NCBI GenBank assembly: GCA_035390665.1
Contig: DAOOUC010000003.1
Span: 10,742 to 74,741 of the forward strand
DNA from: an archaeon
GTDB lineage: Archaea > Iainarchaeota > Iainarchaeia > Iainarchaeales > CSSED10-239
Direction: 5' to 3'
DNA: 64,000 nt
Every line of letters starts with the position of its first letter. The first letter of the stretch is position 1. Below are positions 28,902 to 40,687 of this stretch, one piece after another. The notes below the pieces were generated by a model. That model was not told where the DNA came from. It saw only the letters and a list, made by a program, of their open reading frames with translations, and did not search any database. Both the position numbers and the translations under genes were made by a program.

Positions 28902-30317
28902 TTATATAAACAATAAAACTTCTAAACCAAGAGTACCAAGCGCTACAAGAAGGGTGATACCCGTAATCAGTACTCCATATTTTACAAAATCTAGAAAAGA
29001 TAAAGTAAAATCCTTACTTTTTAATATTCCAAGCCACATAATTCCTGCAAGAGCACCAATAGGAGTGATGTTTGCCCCAAGATTAGAACCAATTACAACA
29101 GCTAAAGCCACAAAAAATTGAAGTGCTCCAGATAATGGTGTGATTATTGAAACAAAAGCAACACTCATTGGAATATTATTTAAAATATTGGCTGATAATG
29201 CTGAACCAAAACCATAAACAAAAATATTGAGAATTATATCTGTTCCAATTAAATTCTTAATAAATAATCCAATCGCTTGTGTTATTCCATAAATGTTTAG
29301 TGCATAAACTGTAATAAAAAGAGAAAGAACAAATGGAATAACTGTCCACGGAATTTTTTGAAGAGTAGAGTTAGCTGTTGTATGTTCTAAATGTTTGTCC
29401 AAGTTTTCGTGTATTTTTTCTTTATCTTTATATTTTTTTAAAATTATTTTTATTAAGTCTCTTATTATTATAAAAAATAAAAGCATTGCAGCAAAAATTA
29501 AAGAAACTGCCCACATACTTAGTTTTAATTTCGGAGCAATTGCAAGTAAAATAATACATAAAATCAACGATATTAATCCAACGATTGCACCAAATTTATC
29601 TTTAATAGAATCTATTGGTCTACCAACATCTATTACTTCTATTTCTTTATTTATTTCTTTTTTAAAAATTAAATATAATAATATAAAGTTAGTAATTCCT
29701 GCTAATATTGTTGGGAAAAACATCCATTTTAGATAATTATCAAAACTTATATTAAATGCAGTTGCTATTAAAATATTTGTAGGATTACCAATATAAAGCA
29801 TCATACTCCATGTATTTGCTGCAAAAAATTCAGCAATCAGAAAAGGTAAAGGATTAATTTTTGCATTCTTTGCAAAGTAGTAAATAAATGGTGTAAATGT
29901 AAGAATAATAATATCATTAGAAGTAAAAATTGTAAGAATTGAAACAGTTACATATAGTGCTATAAATAATTTTGTTCCACTTTTCCCTGCAATCTTTAAT
30001 GCTAGTTTTGCACAATATTCAAAAAAGCCTGTGATGTCTAAAAATATGCTAATAAAAACCATTGATAAAAATAAAATCAATATACCTAGTGGTTGCAATT
30101 GAGCTGTGCCTTTAAGCCCAGTTCTTAAATCAGCATATGTAAGAAATTTAAATAAAACAATTAATATTGGCGCAAGCATTGCTCCAAAGAAATAACTTTC
30201 AATTTTATATTCTTTATTTGCAATTTTAAAATTAAAATGTGGTTTTTTAAGAACAAGATAAATTGTTAAAACTGTACTTAAAAGAAAAATTAGAATTAAT
30301 AATAAAATATTAACCAT
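28902..30317 (-). CDS. Ion-transporter-superfamily permease (ArsB/NhaD/CitMHS-like), 471 aa
   Basis: Two-repeat polytopic membrane architecture with re-entrant-loop-like G/S/N-rich segments (GSNLGANITPIGALAG). Confidence 0.45.
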   Translation of the reverse strand: MVNILLLILIFLLSTVLTIYLVLKKPHFNFKIANKEYKIESYFFGAMLAPILIVLFKFLTYADLRTGLKGTAQLQPLGILILFLSMVFISIFLDITGFFEYCAKLALKIAGKSGTKLFIALYVTVSILTIFTSNDIIILTFTPFIYYFAKNAKINPLPFLIAEFFAANTWSMMLYIGNPTNILIATAFNISFDNYLKWMFFPTILAGITNFILLYLIFKKEINKEIEVIDVGRPIDSIKDKFGAIVGLISLILCIILLAIAPKLKLSMWAVSLIFAAMLLFFIIIRDLIKIILKKYKDKEKIHENLDKHLEHTTANSTLQKIPWTVIPFVLSLFITVYALNIYGITQAIGLFIKNLIGTDIILNIFVYGFGSALSANILNNIPMSVAFVSIITPLSGALQFFVALAVVIGSNLGANITPIGALAGIMWLGILKSKDFTLSFLDFVKYGVLITGITLLVALGTLGLEVLLFI

Positions 30318-30341
30318 TTATAATCTTCTTTTTGTTTTTAA

Positions 30342-30416
30342 TGCTCGGAACGGGATTCGGACCCGTGTTACCAGAGTGAGAGTCTGATGTGCTTGACCGG
30401 GCTACACTATCCGAGC
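30342..30416 (-). tRNA. tRNA-Glu(CUC)
   Basis: GCUCGGA-UA-GUGU-AGCCCGGUCAA-GCAC-A-UCAGA-CUCUCAC-UCUGG-UAAC-ACGGG-UCCGAAU-CCCGU-UCCGAGC-A. Cloverleaf folds fully. Confidence 0.85.
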
Positions 30417-30427
30417 AAATTATTAAG

Positions 30428-30500
30428 TGCTTCGAGGCGGATTCGGACCGCCGATTTCCAGATTATGAGTCTGGCGTTCTAACCGCTAAACCACCGAAGC
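30428..30500 (-). tRNA. tRNA with CAU anticodon (elongator Met or Ile2; not initiator-like)
   Basis: GCUUCGG-UG-GUUU-AGCGGUUA-GAAC-G-CCAGA-CUCAUAA-UCUGG-AAAUC-GGCGG-UCCGAAU-CCGCC-UCGAAGC-A. G1-C72 and no GGG/CCC anticodon stem, hence not an initiator. Confidence 0.85.
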
Positions 30501-30559
30501 AAAAAAATAGGTTTCTCACTATAAAATTTAAGTACAAAAATATATATAAATGATTTGAT

Positions 30560-31237
30560 TTATTCCTTTATTGCAACAATTCTATAAATATCTGAATCTC
30601 TTAAATGTGTAGTGTAGAGGCTTCTAAATTCTGGAGGCATTTTGGTAATATCTACTTTTTCTTCTTTAACATATAAAAATTTACTTTTATTTATAGCTGT
30701 TTTTAAATTAAACCCAAAATAGGTATTTATTCTATTTCGATCTATAAAGTAATATGCAATAAATTTTCCTTTTGGTTTTAATTTATTATAAATTAAATTG
30801 ATAACATCAATAGTATATTTTTCTGCTTCTGTATAAACATTAACTGCGTTTACTTTGTATGCTGCCACTGCTTTTTTTTTAAGATTTCTAGTAGTTACTC
30901 TTTGATCATAATATCCAACAGCAAAATCACTTGTAATAATATCCAAATGATTATCTGGAAAATCTAATAATCCTTTCATAAAATTCTCTTGTAATTGAAT
31001 TAAATTTTTAGGTTTATCTAATTTTAGTCTTGATTCTCTTAATTTATGTATTTGTGTGTCTTCTAAAACACTTGGATGATGAACTCTTGAATTAGTTATT
31101 TTTTTCAAATCTATTCCATAAAATTGTATGTCAGGACACATATGTGCCAATCTTTTAGATCGATATGCTTTATCTTCTCCAACATTACCTAAATGAAGTA
31201 TTTTTCTTTTTGGTTTAGGTGGTTGCTTTATTGGCAT
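30560..31237 (-). CDS. Hypothetical protein
   Basis: 225 aa ORF, basic N-terminus, no firm motif. Confidence 0.35.
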   Translation of the reverse strand: MPIKQPPKPKRKILHLGNVGEDKAYRSKRLAHMCPDIQFYGIDLKKITNSRVHHPSVLEDTQIHKLRESRLKLDKPKNLIQLQENFMKGLLDFPDNHLDIITSDFAVGYYDQRVTTRNLKKKAVAAYKVNAVNVYTEAEKYTIDVINLIYNKLKPKGKFIAYYFIDRNRINTYFGFNLKTAINKSKFLYVKEEKVDITKMPPEFRSLYTTHLRDSDIYRIVAIKE

Positions 31238-31250
31238 AATTTAATCAGAA

Positions 31251-31919
31251 TTAATTTCGTCTCATTTTTATGTTGATTTCATCTTTACTATTATTTACAA
31301 AAAAAGTATCACATAGTCCTAAGAAAACTCCTGTTTCTAAAACGCCAGGTATGTTTCTTACAGAGTATTCAAAATCATCTAAACTAATATTTTTGTCTAT
31401 TGTAATTCTTGCTAAATAATGTCCTGTTTCAGTTTTAATAAAATTATCGTCTGTATCTTTAACAACTCTTGCAAGACCATAGCTTTGAAGATTTAAGATT
31501 GTTCTTTCCCAAGCAAAAGAACTTATTTCTACATATGCGTCCTTGTCTATTTTTTCTACAAAATCATAATCATTAACAACTACTATTAAATTTAAAGCAG
31601 ATTGAGCAATCATTTTATCTCTTATAAAAGATCTTGTGTCACTTTTTAAAAAATTATTAAAATTATCCGCTTGTGAACAAAACTCTATTGCCACATCTAT
31701 TTCTTTATCACTTAGAGAAATAACAGATTGACCAAGAGAATGAAGTTGAGCCGCTTGTTTTGCAGTGGTTGGTACAAAATAGACTTTTTTTTTATTAATC
31801 AATAATATTTTTATTAATTCATCAACAAACTCATTATCTTTTTCAGAAGTACCAACAGCAACAATTGCTTCATGTTTTATAAACTTCTCAAAAGCCATTG
31901 CAATTTTTGGAATATTCAT
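31251..31919 (-). CDS. rpiA: Ribose-5-phosphate isomerase A
   Basis: VAVGTSEKD (GxGTGST-like), IDVAIEFCSQAD (DGADE-like), PGVLETGVFLGL (PGVVEtGLF). Confidence 0.6.
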   Translation of the reverse strand: MNIPKIAMAFEKFIKHEAIVAVGTSEKDNEFVDELIKILLINKKKVYFVPTTAKQAAQLHSLGQSVISLSDKEIDVAIEFCSQADNFNNFLKSDTRSFIRDKMIAQSALNLIVVVNDYDFVEKIDKDAYVEISSFAWERTILNLQSYGLARVVKDTDDNFIKTETGHYLARITIDKNISLDDFEYSVRNIPGVLETGVFLGLCDTFFVNNSKDEINIKMRRN

Positions 31920-31983
31920 CTAATCACTTCAATTATATTAAACTATAATGCTCTTTATATATTTTTCCTTTCAAGTAATATTT

Positions 31984-32051
31984 AAGACAGATGATGATAA
32001 TGAACACCTGCTGAAATTCTTGTGATGACAAAATGGGCGGGCTGATGTCTT
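31984..32051 (+). ncRNA. C/D box sRNA (2'-O-methylation guide)
   Basis: AAGACAg-AUGAUGA(C)-13 nt-CUGA(D')-7 nt-GUGAUGA(C')-13 nt-CUGA(D)-UGUCUU. The terminal stem AAGACA/UGUCUU closes the k-turn. Confidence 0.75.
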
Positions 32052-32062
32052 AAATTAATTGC

Positions 32063-32383
32063 TTACTTCTTTTTCTTTCTCTTGTACTTGGTTATTGGAT
32101 ATGCTGTCTTAGATTTTGATTTTTCTTTTTTCTTAGGTATTATTTTTCTTGTTTTTTCTACAACAATTATTTCTTTTTTTGTTGTATTGTTTTCATTTTT
32201 ATTTTGTTCTAATCTACTTATTCTTTTGTTTAAAACATCAAGTTTAGAAGAAACAATTTCATTATTTGCATCTCCTAATGGCAATCTGTTTTCTTTAGTT
32301 TTTTTATCTAAAAAATACAAAAGAATATTTCCTATTGCAAATACTGCGATTGCAATTAATAATATTATTGTTAAAGTTTCCAT
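32063..32383 (-). CDS. Small membrane-anchored coiled-coil protein
   Basis: N-terminal TM ILLIAIAVFAIGNILLYFL, poly-K C-terminus. Confidence 0.3.
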   Translation of the reverse strand: METLTIILLIAIAVFAIGNILLYFLDKKTKENRLPLGDANNEIVSSKLDVLNKRISRLEQNKNENNTTKKEIIVVEKTRKIIPKKKEKSKSKTAYPITKYKRKKKK

Positions 32384-32402
32384 AATTTTTCAGTTCTCCT
32401 TA

Positions 32403-33215
32403 TTATACTAAACAATATACATTTTTTCTTTTTTCTATAATTGCTCCTTCTTCTTTTAGAAATTCTATTGTTATCTTTAAAAGCTCTGTATCTTTGTTAA
32501 GTTTCTTAGAAAGGTCTTCAATTGAGAAGTTCTTATCAAGATCACTTGAAAGTATTTGCTTTCTTGTTGTACTGTACAGAAACATATCAATGACATAGAA
32601 ATATCCATCAAATGATTTTTGCCCCTTTATTTCATCATTTTTAAATTTAGAGTAAAATTCTTTTGAAAATTTATCTGCAGTTACTACGGATTTAATAATT
32701 GTATATTTCTTTTTAAGAAAATCTTTAATTATTGTATCTGCATTTTCTTCTATTATTTTTGGTTTTTGTAAATTTTCTGATTTAATTGGTTGTTCTGTTG
32801 TTCTTTGATCATTTACTATATAAATTGCTTTCTTGTATTTCTCTGATTGTTTGAATGTAATTATTTCCTTTTCTTTTAACATTTCTTTAAATATCTCCAA
32901 ATCTTCCTTTTTTAAAAGATTTTCAAAATTTCCTTCAACTTTGTCTTTAAATGATAGTTCTTTATCTTGAAGTATATCTATTATCTTTTTTTTAATTGTG
33001 TCTTTAGAAATTGTTGACTTAATAACTTGTTTATCTTGTACAACAGAATCGGTTACACTTAATTCGCGCATATTAGTTTTAATAGAAAAAGCAATTGCTT
33101 GAGAATTAATAATTTTTATTTCAAGTTCTTTATTTGTATAATTATCTAATTCTTGAGATTCTTTATCATTATTGAAATTTAAAAAATAAGTTTGATTTTT
33201 TTTTACAATTTTCAT
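32403..33215 (-). CDS. Hypothetical protein (possible C-terminal winged-helix)
   Basis: 270 aa ORF. C-term SIEDLSKKLNKDTELLKITIEFLKEEGAIIEK is HTH-like. Confidence 0.3.
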   Translation of the reverse strand: MKIVKKNQTYFLNFNNDKESQELDNYTNKELEIKIINSQAIAFSIKTNMRELSVTDSVVQDKQVIKSTISKDTIKKKIIDILQDKELSFKDKVEGNFENLLKKEDLEIFKEMLKEKEIITFKQSEKYKKAIYIVNDQRTTEQPIKSENLQKPKIIEENADTIIKDFLKKKYTIIKSVVTADKFSKEFYSKFKNDEIKGQKSFDGYFYVIDMFLYSTTRKQILSSDLDKNFSIEDLSKKLNKDTELLKITIEFLKEEGAIIEKRKNVYCLV

Positions 33216-33294
33216 GGTGTCTCTCTGATATATTATATTATAAAATAATATAAAAATCTATTCATTTATTATTTATATTAAAATAAAGATAATT

Positions 33295-34284
33295 ATGGCT
33301 AATCTAAACTTTCATATAGTATTTGAGAAATCTAAAGATTCAAAGATTGAATTTACTTCAAATAAAACCGGAAATGTAAATTCTGTAATTATAACTGTTA
33401 GAGGAGACTTTGAATTATATAAAAAAATGGAAGTATTAAAAAGAAATTTCTTAGAACCATTATTACATAAAATATATTTAGAAGAGAATGAATTATTTTT
33501 TGCAAAACTAAGAAGTGTTTATGCACAGGACAAACCTGATGAAAACAATGAATTGCCTGGAATCGAAGAAGCAAAATATAAATTAGAATATTTTTTTGAA
33601 AATCCTAGAGTCTATGAATATCTTTCTAAAATTTCAATGATAGAAAGACAAAAAATAATTTCTAAAATAAGTAAATATAATCCTACAGAATTATTAAAAT
33701 TTTTACAAATTACTATAGCAAATGCAAATATTAAAAATCCAAGAAAGTTATCTACGCTTGTAGAAGAAATACCAAAAAAGAAATTACTTAAGACAATACA
33801 TGTTTCAAGATCTATTTCAGAAAAAGATGTTTGCCAGCAAACGTATGGTGGTTTTTTAAGAGCATTAAAAACAAACACACTATATCATATAACTGCAGAA
33901 ATAAATGGAAGACCAAAAGCATTATTTGTTAAAACGCCTATAGGCGAATTACCACAAAATAATCAATATTCTAATGATCCTTTGCTATTGGGTGGATATA
34001 ACACTCTTGCAATTGATGCAGAAAATCTTAATGTTTATTCATTTAAAACCAATGAATTAGGAAAATTAGATCAATCTAGTTTAAAATTAGTAATGGATTA
34101 TAAAAATCTAGAATCTTATCTAAAAGAAGAACGTAGATTTCTGGCTCCAAAAGTAAGAGAATTAGCTAAAAGATTTCAAAAAGAATTACATGAATTCCTA
34201 GATAGAAGATATCATCGAAATAATATTCCTGGAGTTCAAAGAATTAAAAAGACTCATGAAAGATTTAGAGTTAAACCAAAATAA
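33295..34284 (+). CDS. Hypothetical basic protein. C-terminal ~60-aa domain paralogous to ORFs 43812-44399 and 44413-44871
   Basis: Shared pattern KALFVKTP...(x20)...ENLNVYSFKTNELG. Basic tail ...RFRVKPK. Confidence 0.35.
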   Translation: MANLNFHIVFEKSKDSKIEFTSNKTGNVNSVIITVRGDFELYKKMEVLKRNFLEPLLHKIYLEENELFFAKLRSVYAQDKPDENNELPGIEEAKYKLEYFFENPRVYEYLSKISMIERQKIISKISKYNPTELLKFLQITIANANIKNPRKLSTLVEEIPKKKLLKTIHVSRSISEKDVCQQTYGGFLRALKTNTLYHITAEINGRPKALFVKTPIGELPQNNQYSNDPLLLGGYNTLAIDAENLNVYSFKTNELGKLDQSSLKLVMDYKNLESYLKEERRFLAPKVRELAKRFQKELHEFLDRRYHRNNIPGVQRIKKTHERFRVKPK

Positions 34285-34285
34285 A

Positions 34286-34957
34286 CTATTTTAATTTAAG
34301 TAAATATTCATCAATTTCTTCAAAAGAAACAGAACAACCATTAAATTTTAAAGCATATAGTGCAGATTTTAGATATTCTTTGTTCTTTATACTATTCTTT
34401 AACATTCCTCTTTCATAAGCAAAAGAAAGAAGATCAACTGACCTAATTACCGAAACGTCTCCAAGCATTGATTTAAATTTATTATATTTTTCTTTATTAA
34501 GTTCAATATCTCTACTGTGGTGTTTTCTTTTTAATATTTCTAATAAAGCATTAGGATCTTCAATTAACATCCTTGTTGTTCTTTCCTCAATTGCAAGACA
34601 GTTTGCTTTTGTTAGTGATAACAATGCCAAACATTCTGCTTCTCCAAAATCTACAATATGAAGAGGTCTTCCACTTATATAAAAAATACTATTTGTAAGA
34701 TTAAGAATTTCTTTAGTTTTATCATCTAGTTGTTTATCACTTGGTTGAATAGTAAACACAAAATCATTAAGTTGATCATTTATTCTTAAAGAGCTTAATT
34801 TAAATTTCATATTATTTCTTACTCTATCAATACATTCGTATTTTACTCCTGTTGTTATAAGAAATTCCCCTATATCTCCTTTAATTTCAGAAAATAAAGG
34901 CAATAAACAAGTTTGTGAGAATCCAATTAACACACCTGTATCAAAAACTATTTTCAT
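34286..34957 (-). CDS. PIN-domain-like protein
   Basis: N-terminal KIVFDTGVLIG plus spaced acidic residues (E in GEFLITTG, D in IVDFGEAE) resemble the PIN fold. Overlaps the upstream gene by 4 nt. Confidence 0.35.
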   Translation of the reverse strand: MKIVFDTGVLIGFSQTCLLPLFSEIKGDIGEFLITTGVKYECIDRVRNNMKFKLSSLRINDQLNDFVFTIQPSDKQLDDKTKEILNLTNSIFYISGRPLHIVDFGEAECLALLSLTKANCLAIEERTTRMLIEDPNALLEILKRKHHSRDIELNKEKYNKFKSMLGDVSVIRSVDLLSFAYERGMLKNSIKNKEYLKSALYALKFNGCSVSFEEIDEYLLKLK

Positions 34958-35787
34958 TTCTTTTGCACCTTTTTTTCTTTATTTTCAGGAATATTCTTTT
35001 TTAGAAAATCTATTCTTTCAAACATAGTTTTACTTTTTATGTCTTCATCTGAAATCTTTGTTTGACCAATTAATTCCATTACTTGATCTTTATTTGCAGA
35101 TAATAAATTTGACGCTTGAGATAAAGACAAACCATAAGCATAAGCACTAGATGCTAACTTTGTTCTTGCATTAAAAACAATATCGTGTATAAAATGTCCA
35201 AGTAATTGGTCTGTTTTTTCTATAGAATTTTCTATCTCTTTTATTTTTTTATTATATTCGTCTTTATTTTCTTTTTTACTTAATTCTATAGCTAATTGCA
35301 AATCATTTATTGTTTTTTCTCTAAATCCTTTCCAATTTGGGCTATTAAATATGTGTTTTTTAGATAATAATTTTCTAAAAGAATAAGCAATTATTGCAAG
35401 TTCTGCAATATCTGTTCTATATTCAATTATTGCTTCTTCTAAAGTTTTTTCATCAATTCTATGTAATATTTCTAAATCATTTGCTCTAAATTGTTCTAAT
35501 ATACCAGAAATTATTTTTTCTGAATTTTTAAAATCAATTTTAGAAATATAATTATCAATTTTATTTGTGTTATTATTTTGAGAAACAGCAGAATTTATGT
35601 TTCCTTTTGCCTGAACATTTAAATTTGTAAATTTATTAAACCTCTGTTTATTCGTATCATCCCATTGATGATTAAAATTTGGTTTTGTTCTTCTTGCATT
35701 AATGAAAGAAACATTTTCTCCTTGAGTATTAGAATTGTGATTTATTTTGTGTTTTCCTGCAGAAAATTTTGATTTTCTTCTATGCAT
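34954..35787 (-). CDS. Hypothetical protein, Asn/Lys-rich N-terminus
   Basis: 277 aa ORF translationally coupled (ATGA overlap) to 34286-34957. Confidence 0.3.
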   Translation of the reverse strand: MHRRKSKFSAGKHKINHNSNTQGENVSFINARRTKPNFNHQWDDTNKQRFNKFTNLNVQAKGNINSAVSQNNNTNKIDNYISKIDFKNSEKIISGILEQFRANDLEILHRIDEKTLEEAIIEYRTDIAELAIIAYSFRKLLSKKHIFNSPNWKGFREKTINDLQLAIELSKKENKDEYNKKIKEIENSIEKTDQLLGHFIHDIVFNARTKLASSAYAYGLSLSQASNLLSANKDQVMELIGQTKISDEDIKSKTMFERIDFLKKNIPENKEKKVQKK

Positions 35788-35898
35788 CTTTTCTCCATTT
35801 TAATTTGTTGTTCATAAATATATAAATCAAATAGGTTTATATATGTTTTTTTTATATAATATATTACATTATATTACATAAGAATTGAGGGATTACAA

Positions 35899-36411
35899 AT
35901 GGGACTATATGATGAAAAGATTGAAAACTTAAGCAAAATAAGAAAAGACAAATTATACATACTAATTGGATTAAGTATTTTTATTGCAATAATAATTATG
36001 GTATTTTTAATAATAGCAATAGATTGGTCAAAAATAGAATCTGGATTAAAAGGAAGTAATCTTTCTGTTAAATTTAGTAAAAATCCATTTAATGTAACTA
36101 AAGATACAGATCTAAAAATTAATATAACAATAAAAAATAATAGTGACTTTGACTCAGAAAATGCAAGTATTGCTATATATCCTGTTGAACAAATATTTTT
36201 TGTAACCTGTGATAGTTCAGAAACAGGAAATAATAAAGTAACTGTTCCAATATTTGCTAAAGATGCTTCTAGAACAATAGAATGTAATCTTAAAATATCT
36301 CCTACAATTACAGAAGCAGATATACTTGCAGGAACTTATGGTTTTGATGTAGTTTATTCCCTTAATTCAGAAGAATATGAGAAAAGAGCAATTTTAACTT
36401 TAAAAAAATAA
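35899..36411 (+). CDS. Membrane-anchored secreted beta-sandwich-like protein
   Basis: N-terminal TM LYILIGLSIFIAIIIMVFLIIAI, N-glycosylation-like NxS/T sites. Confidence 0.35.
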   Translation: MGLYDEKIENLSKIRKDKLYILIGLSIFIAIIIMVFLIIAIDWSKIESGLKGSNLSVKFSKNPFNVTKDTDLKINITIKNNSDFDSENASIAIYPVEQIFFVTCDSSETGNNKVTVPIFAKDASRTIECNLKISPTITEADILAGTYGFDVVYSLNSEEYEKRAILTLKK

Positions 36412-36424
36412 ATGAGGAAAAATA

Positions 36425-37144
36425 ATGTTAAATAATTTATTAAATGGATTTAAAGTTTTTGTAAATAAAAAAACCCCACTTATTGTTTTATTATTTGCTT
36501 TTTCTTTCTTTGGACTCAATTATCTATCTAATGTTTTATTTGAAGAATTAGCAATAGGTATTAGTCTTAAAGAATATCCTTCTTTTCTTGTAAATTACTA
36601 TAGATTTGATTTATTTTGGTTTATCTTAGCAATGATTGGTTTATTCTTTTTATCTAATTTAGGAATATATTTAATTGCAAACAGTATTACAAAATCAAAT
36701 AAAAAAATAAAGACAGATGTCTTTAATTGTTTAACATATACTATTTTAACAGCTATCTTCTTTTTATTTATTGGATTAATAGGATATTTTTCTGTTTTGC
36801 CAAGTGGCTATTTTTCTATAATAATGTTAATTATTTTAGGAATAATCGCTCTTGTTGTTTCTTTTATAACTTTCTTTGGTATTTTGTTTCTTCCAGTATC
36901 AAATACTATCAAAGATAGTTTAAGAAATTCCTGGGGATTTATTAAAAAAAGATTTTGGGCAATTGTTTTAATGATAATTATTCTTGGAATAATAAATGTA
37001 GCAATTAGTTATGCATTTGAAATTATTTATACAAGAATAAAAGATTCAGAAATAATTAGTTTAATACTATTTATATTTACAAATACTATAATAACAATGT
37101 ATACTACAAGTGTTTTTTCTTCATTTATTAAGAAGAAAAAATAA
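36425..37144 (+). CDS. Polytopic membrane protein, hypothetical
   Basis: About 6 hydrophobic helices. Confidence 0.35.
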   Translation: MLNNLLNGFKVFVNKKTPLIVLLFAFSFFGLNYLSNVLFEELAIGISLKEYPSFLVNYYRFDLFWFILAMIGLFFLSNLGIYLIANSITKSNKKIKTDVFNCLTYTILTAIFFLFIGLIGYFSVLPSGYFSIIMLIILGIIALVVSFITFFGILFLPVSNTIKDSLRNSWGFIKKRFWAIVLMIIILGIINVAISYAFEIIYTRIKDSEIISLILFIFTNTIITMYTTSVFSSFIKKKK

Positions 37145-37264
37145 TTTTCTTTTTCTGAATTAGTCTGATGACAAGAGAAAAAAATTAAAAACACAAGAAA
37201 AGTTTTCACTTTTCTTTTTTAAGAAAAAAATCCGTTTTAAAGATTTTATTACGGATAAAGAAAA

Positions 37265-37280
37265 TAGGAAATTGTGCCAT
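37265..37280 (-). other. 3'-flanking half of the 23S rRNA processing stem (perfect 16-nt inverted repeat with 40371-40386)
   Basis: TAGGAAATTGTGCCAT here, ATGGCACAATTTCCTA at 40371-40386. The flanking TTTGAAC / GTGTTCAA may form the bulge-helix-bulge. Confidence 0.7.
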
Positions 37281-37299
37281 TTTGAACTGTCTTATTTCT

Positions 37300-40330
<3,031 letters not shown>

Positions 40331-40370
40331 CTTTTCATTTAATAGTCAAATTTTATAATAAACTTGAACA

Positions 40371-40386
40371 CATGGCACAATTTCCT
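40371..40386 (-). other. 5'-flanking half of the 23S processing stem
   Basis: See 37265-37280. Confidence 0.7.
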
Positions 40387-40532
40387 ACTCTCTCATCCCG
40401 TAAATGTAATAATTGCCAAAAATGCTAAAGTAACAAATTTGGACAATGACTTTTCTAAAAGATTTAAAACGGTCGAATTCCGATGCTAAAAGAACTTAGC
40501 CGGAATAACATAATTATGTAGCGACAGGTTTA

Positions 40533-40540
40533 TAAATAGA
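40533..40540 (-). promoter_or_regulatory. Candidate TATA box (TTTATAAA) for the 23S rRNA transcript, ~150 nt upstream of the processing stem
   Basis: Only strong palindromic TATA element in the 300-nt region upstream of the rRNA. Confidence 0.3.
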
Positions 40541-40687
40541 TCGCCATTTCTCTTCAGATTTTGCCCCGATTTTAAAATAAAGGCTAATAAGTACTTATTT
40601 TGATTTTAAGGTAATTAAACCTACATTTAAGCAAAATTGCGCAATTAAATGGCAAAAATGAAGAAACTGGGCCTGAAATAACCTCCA

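Noticed and set aside
28861-29121. 86-aa ORF on the plus strand
   Set aside because: It overlaps the 5' end of the 471-aa permease gene on the opposite strand. No independent support.
30429-30500. Initiator tRNA-Met
   Set aside because: The anticodon is CAU, but G1-C72 and the CCAGA/UCUGG anticodon stem lack archaeal initiator hallmarks (A1-U72, three G-C pairs), so it was called elongator Met/Ile2.
37145-37265. Possible 5S rRNA or C/D sRNA downstream of 23S (contains CTGATGA)
   Set aside because: The region is AT-rich with no 5S-like helices. The single box-C-like heptamer lacks matching D', C' and D boxes and a terminal stem. A 6-bp inverted repeat ATCCGT...ACGGAT is present but unremarkable.
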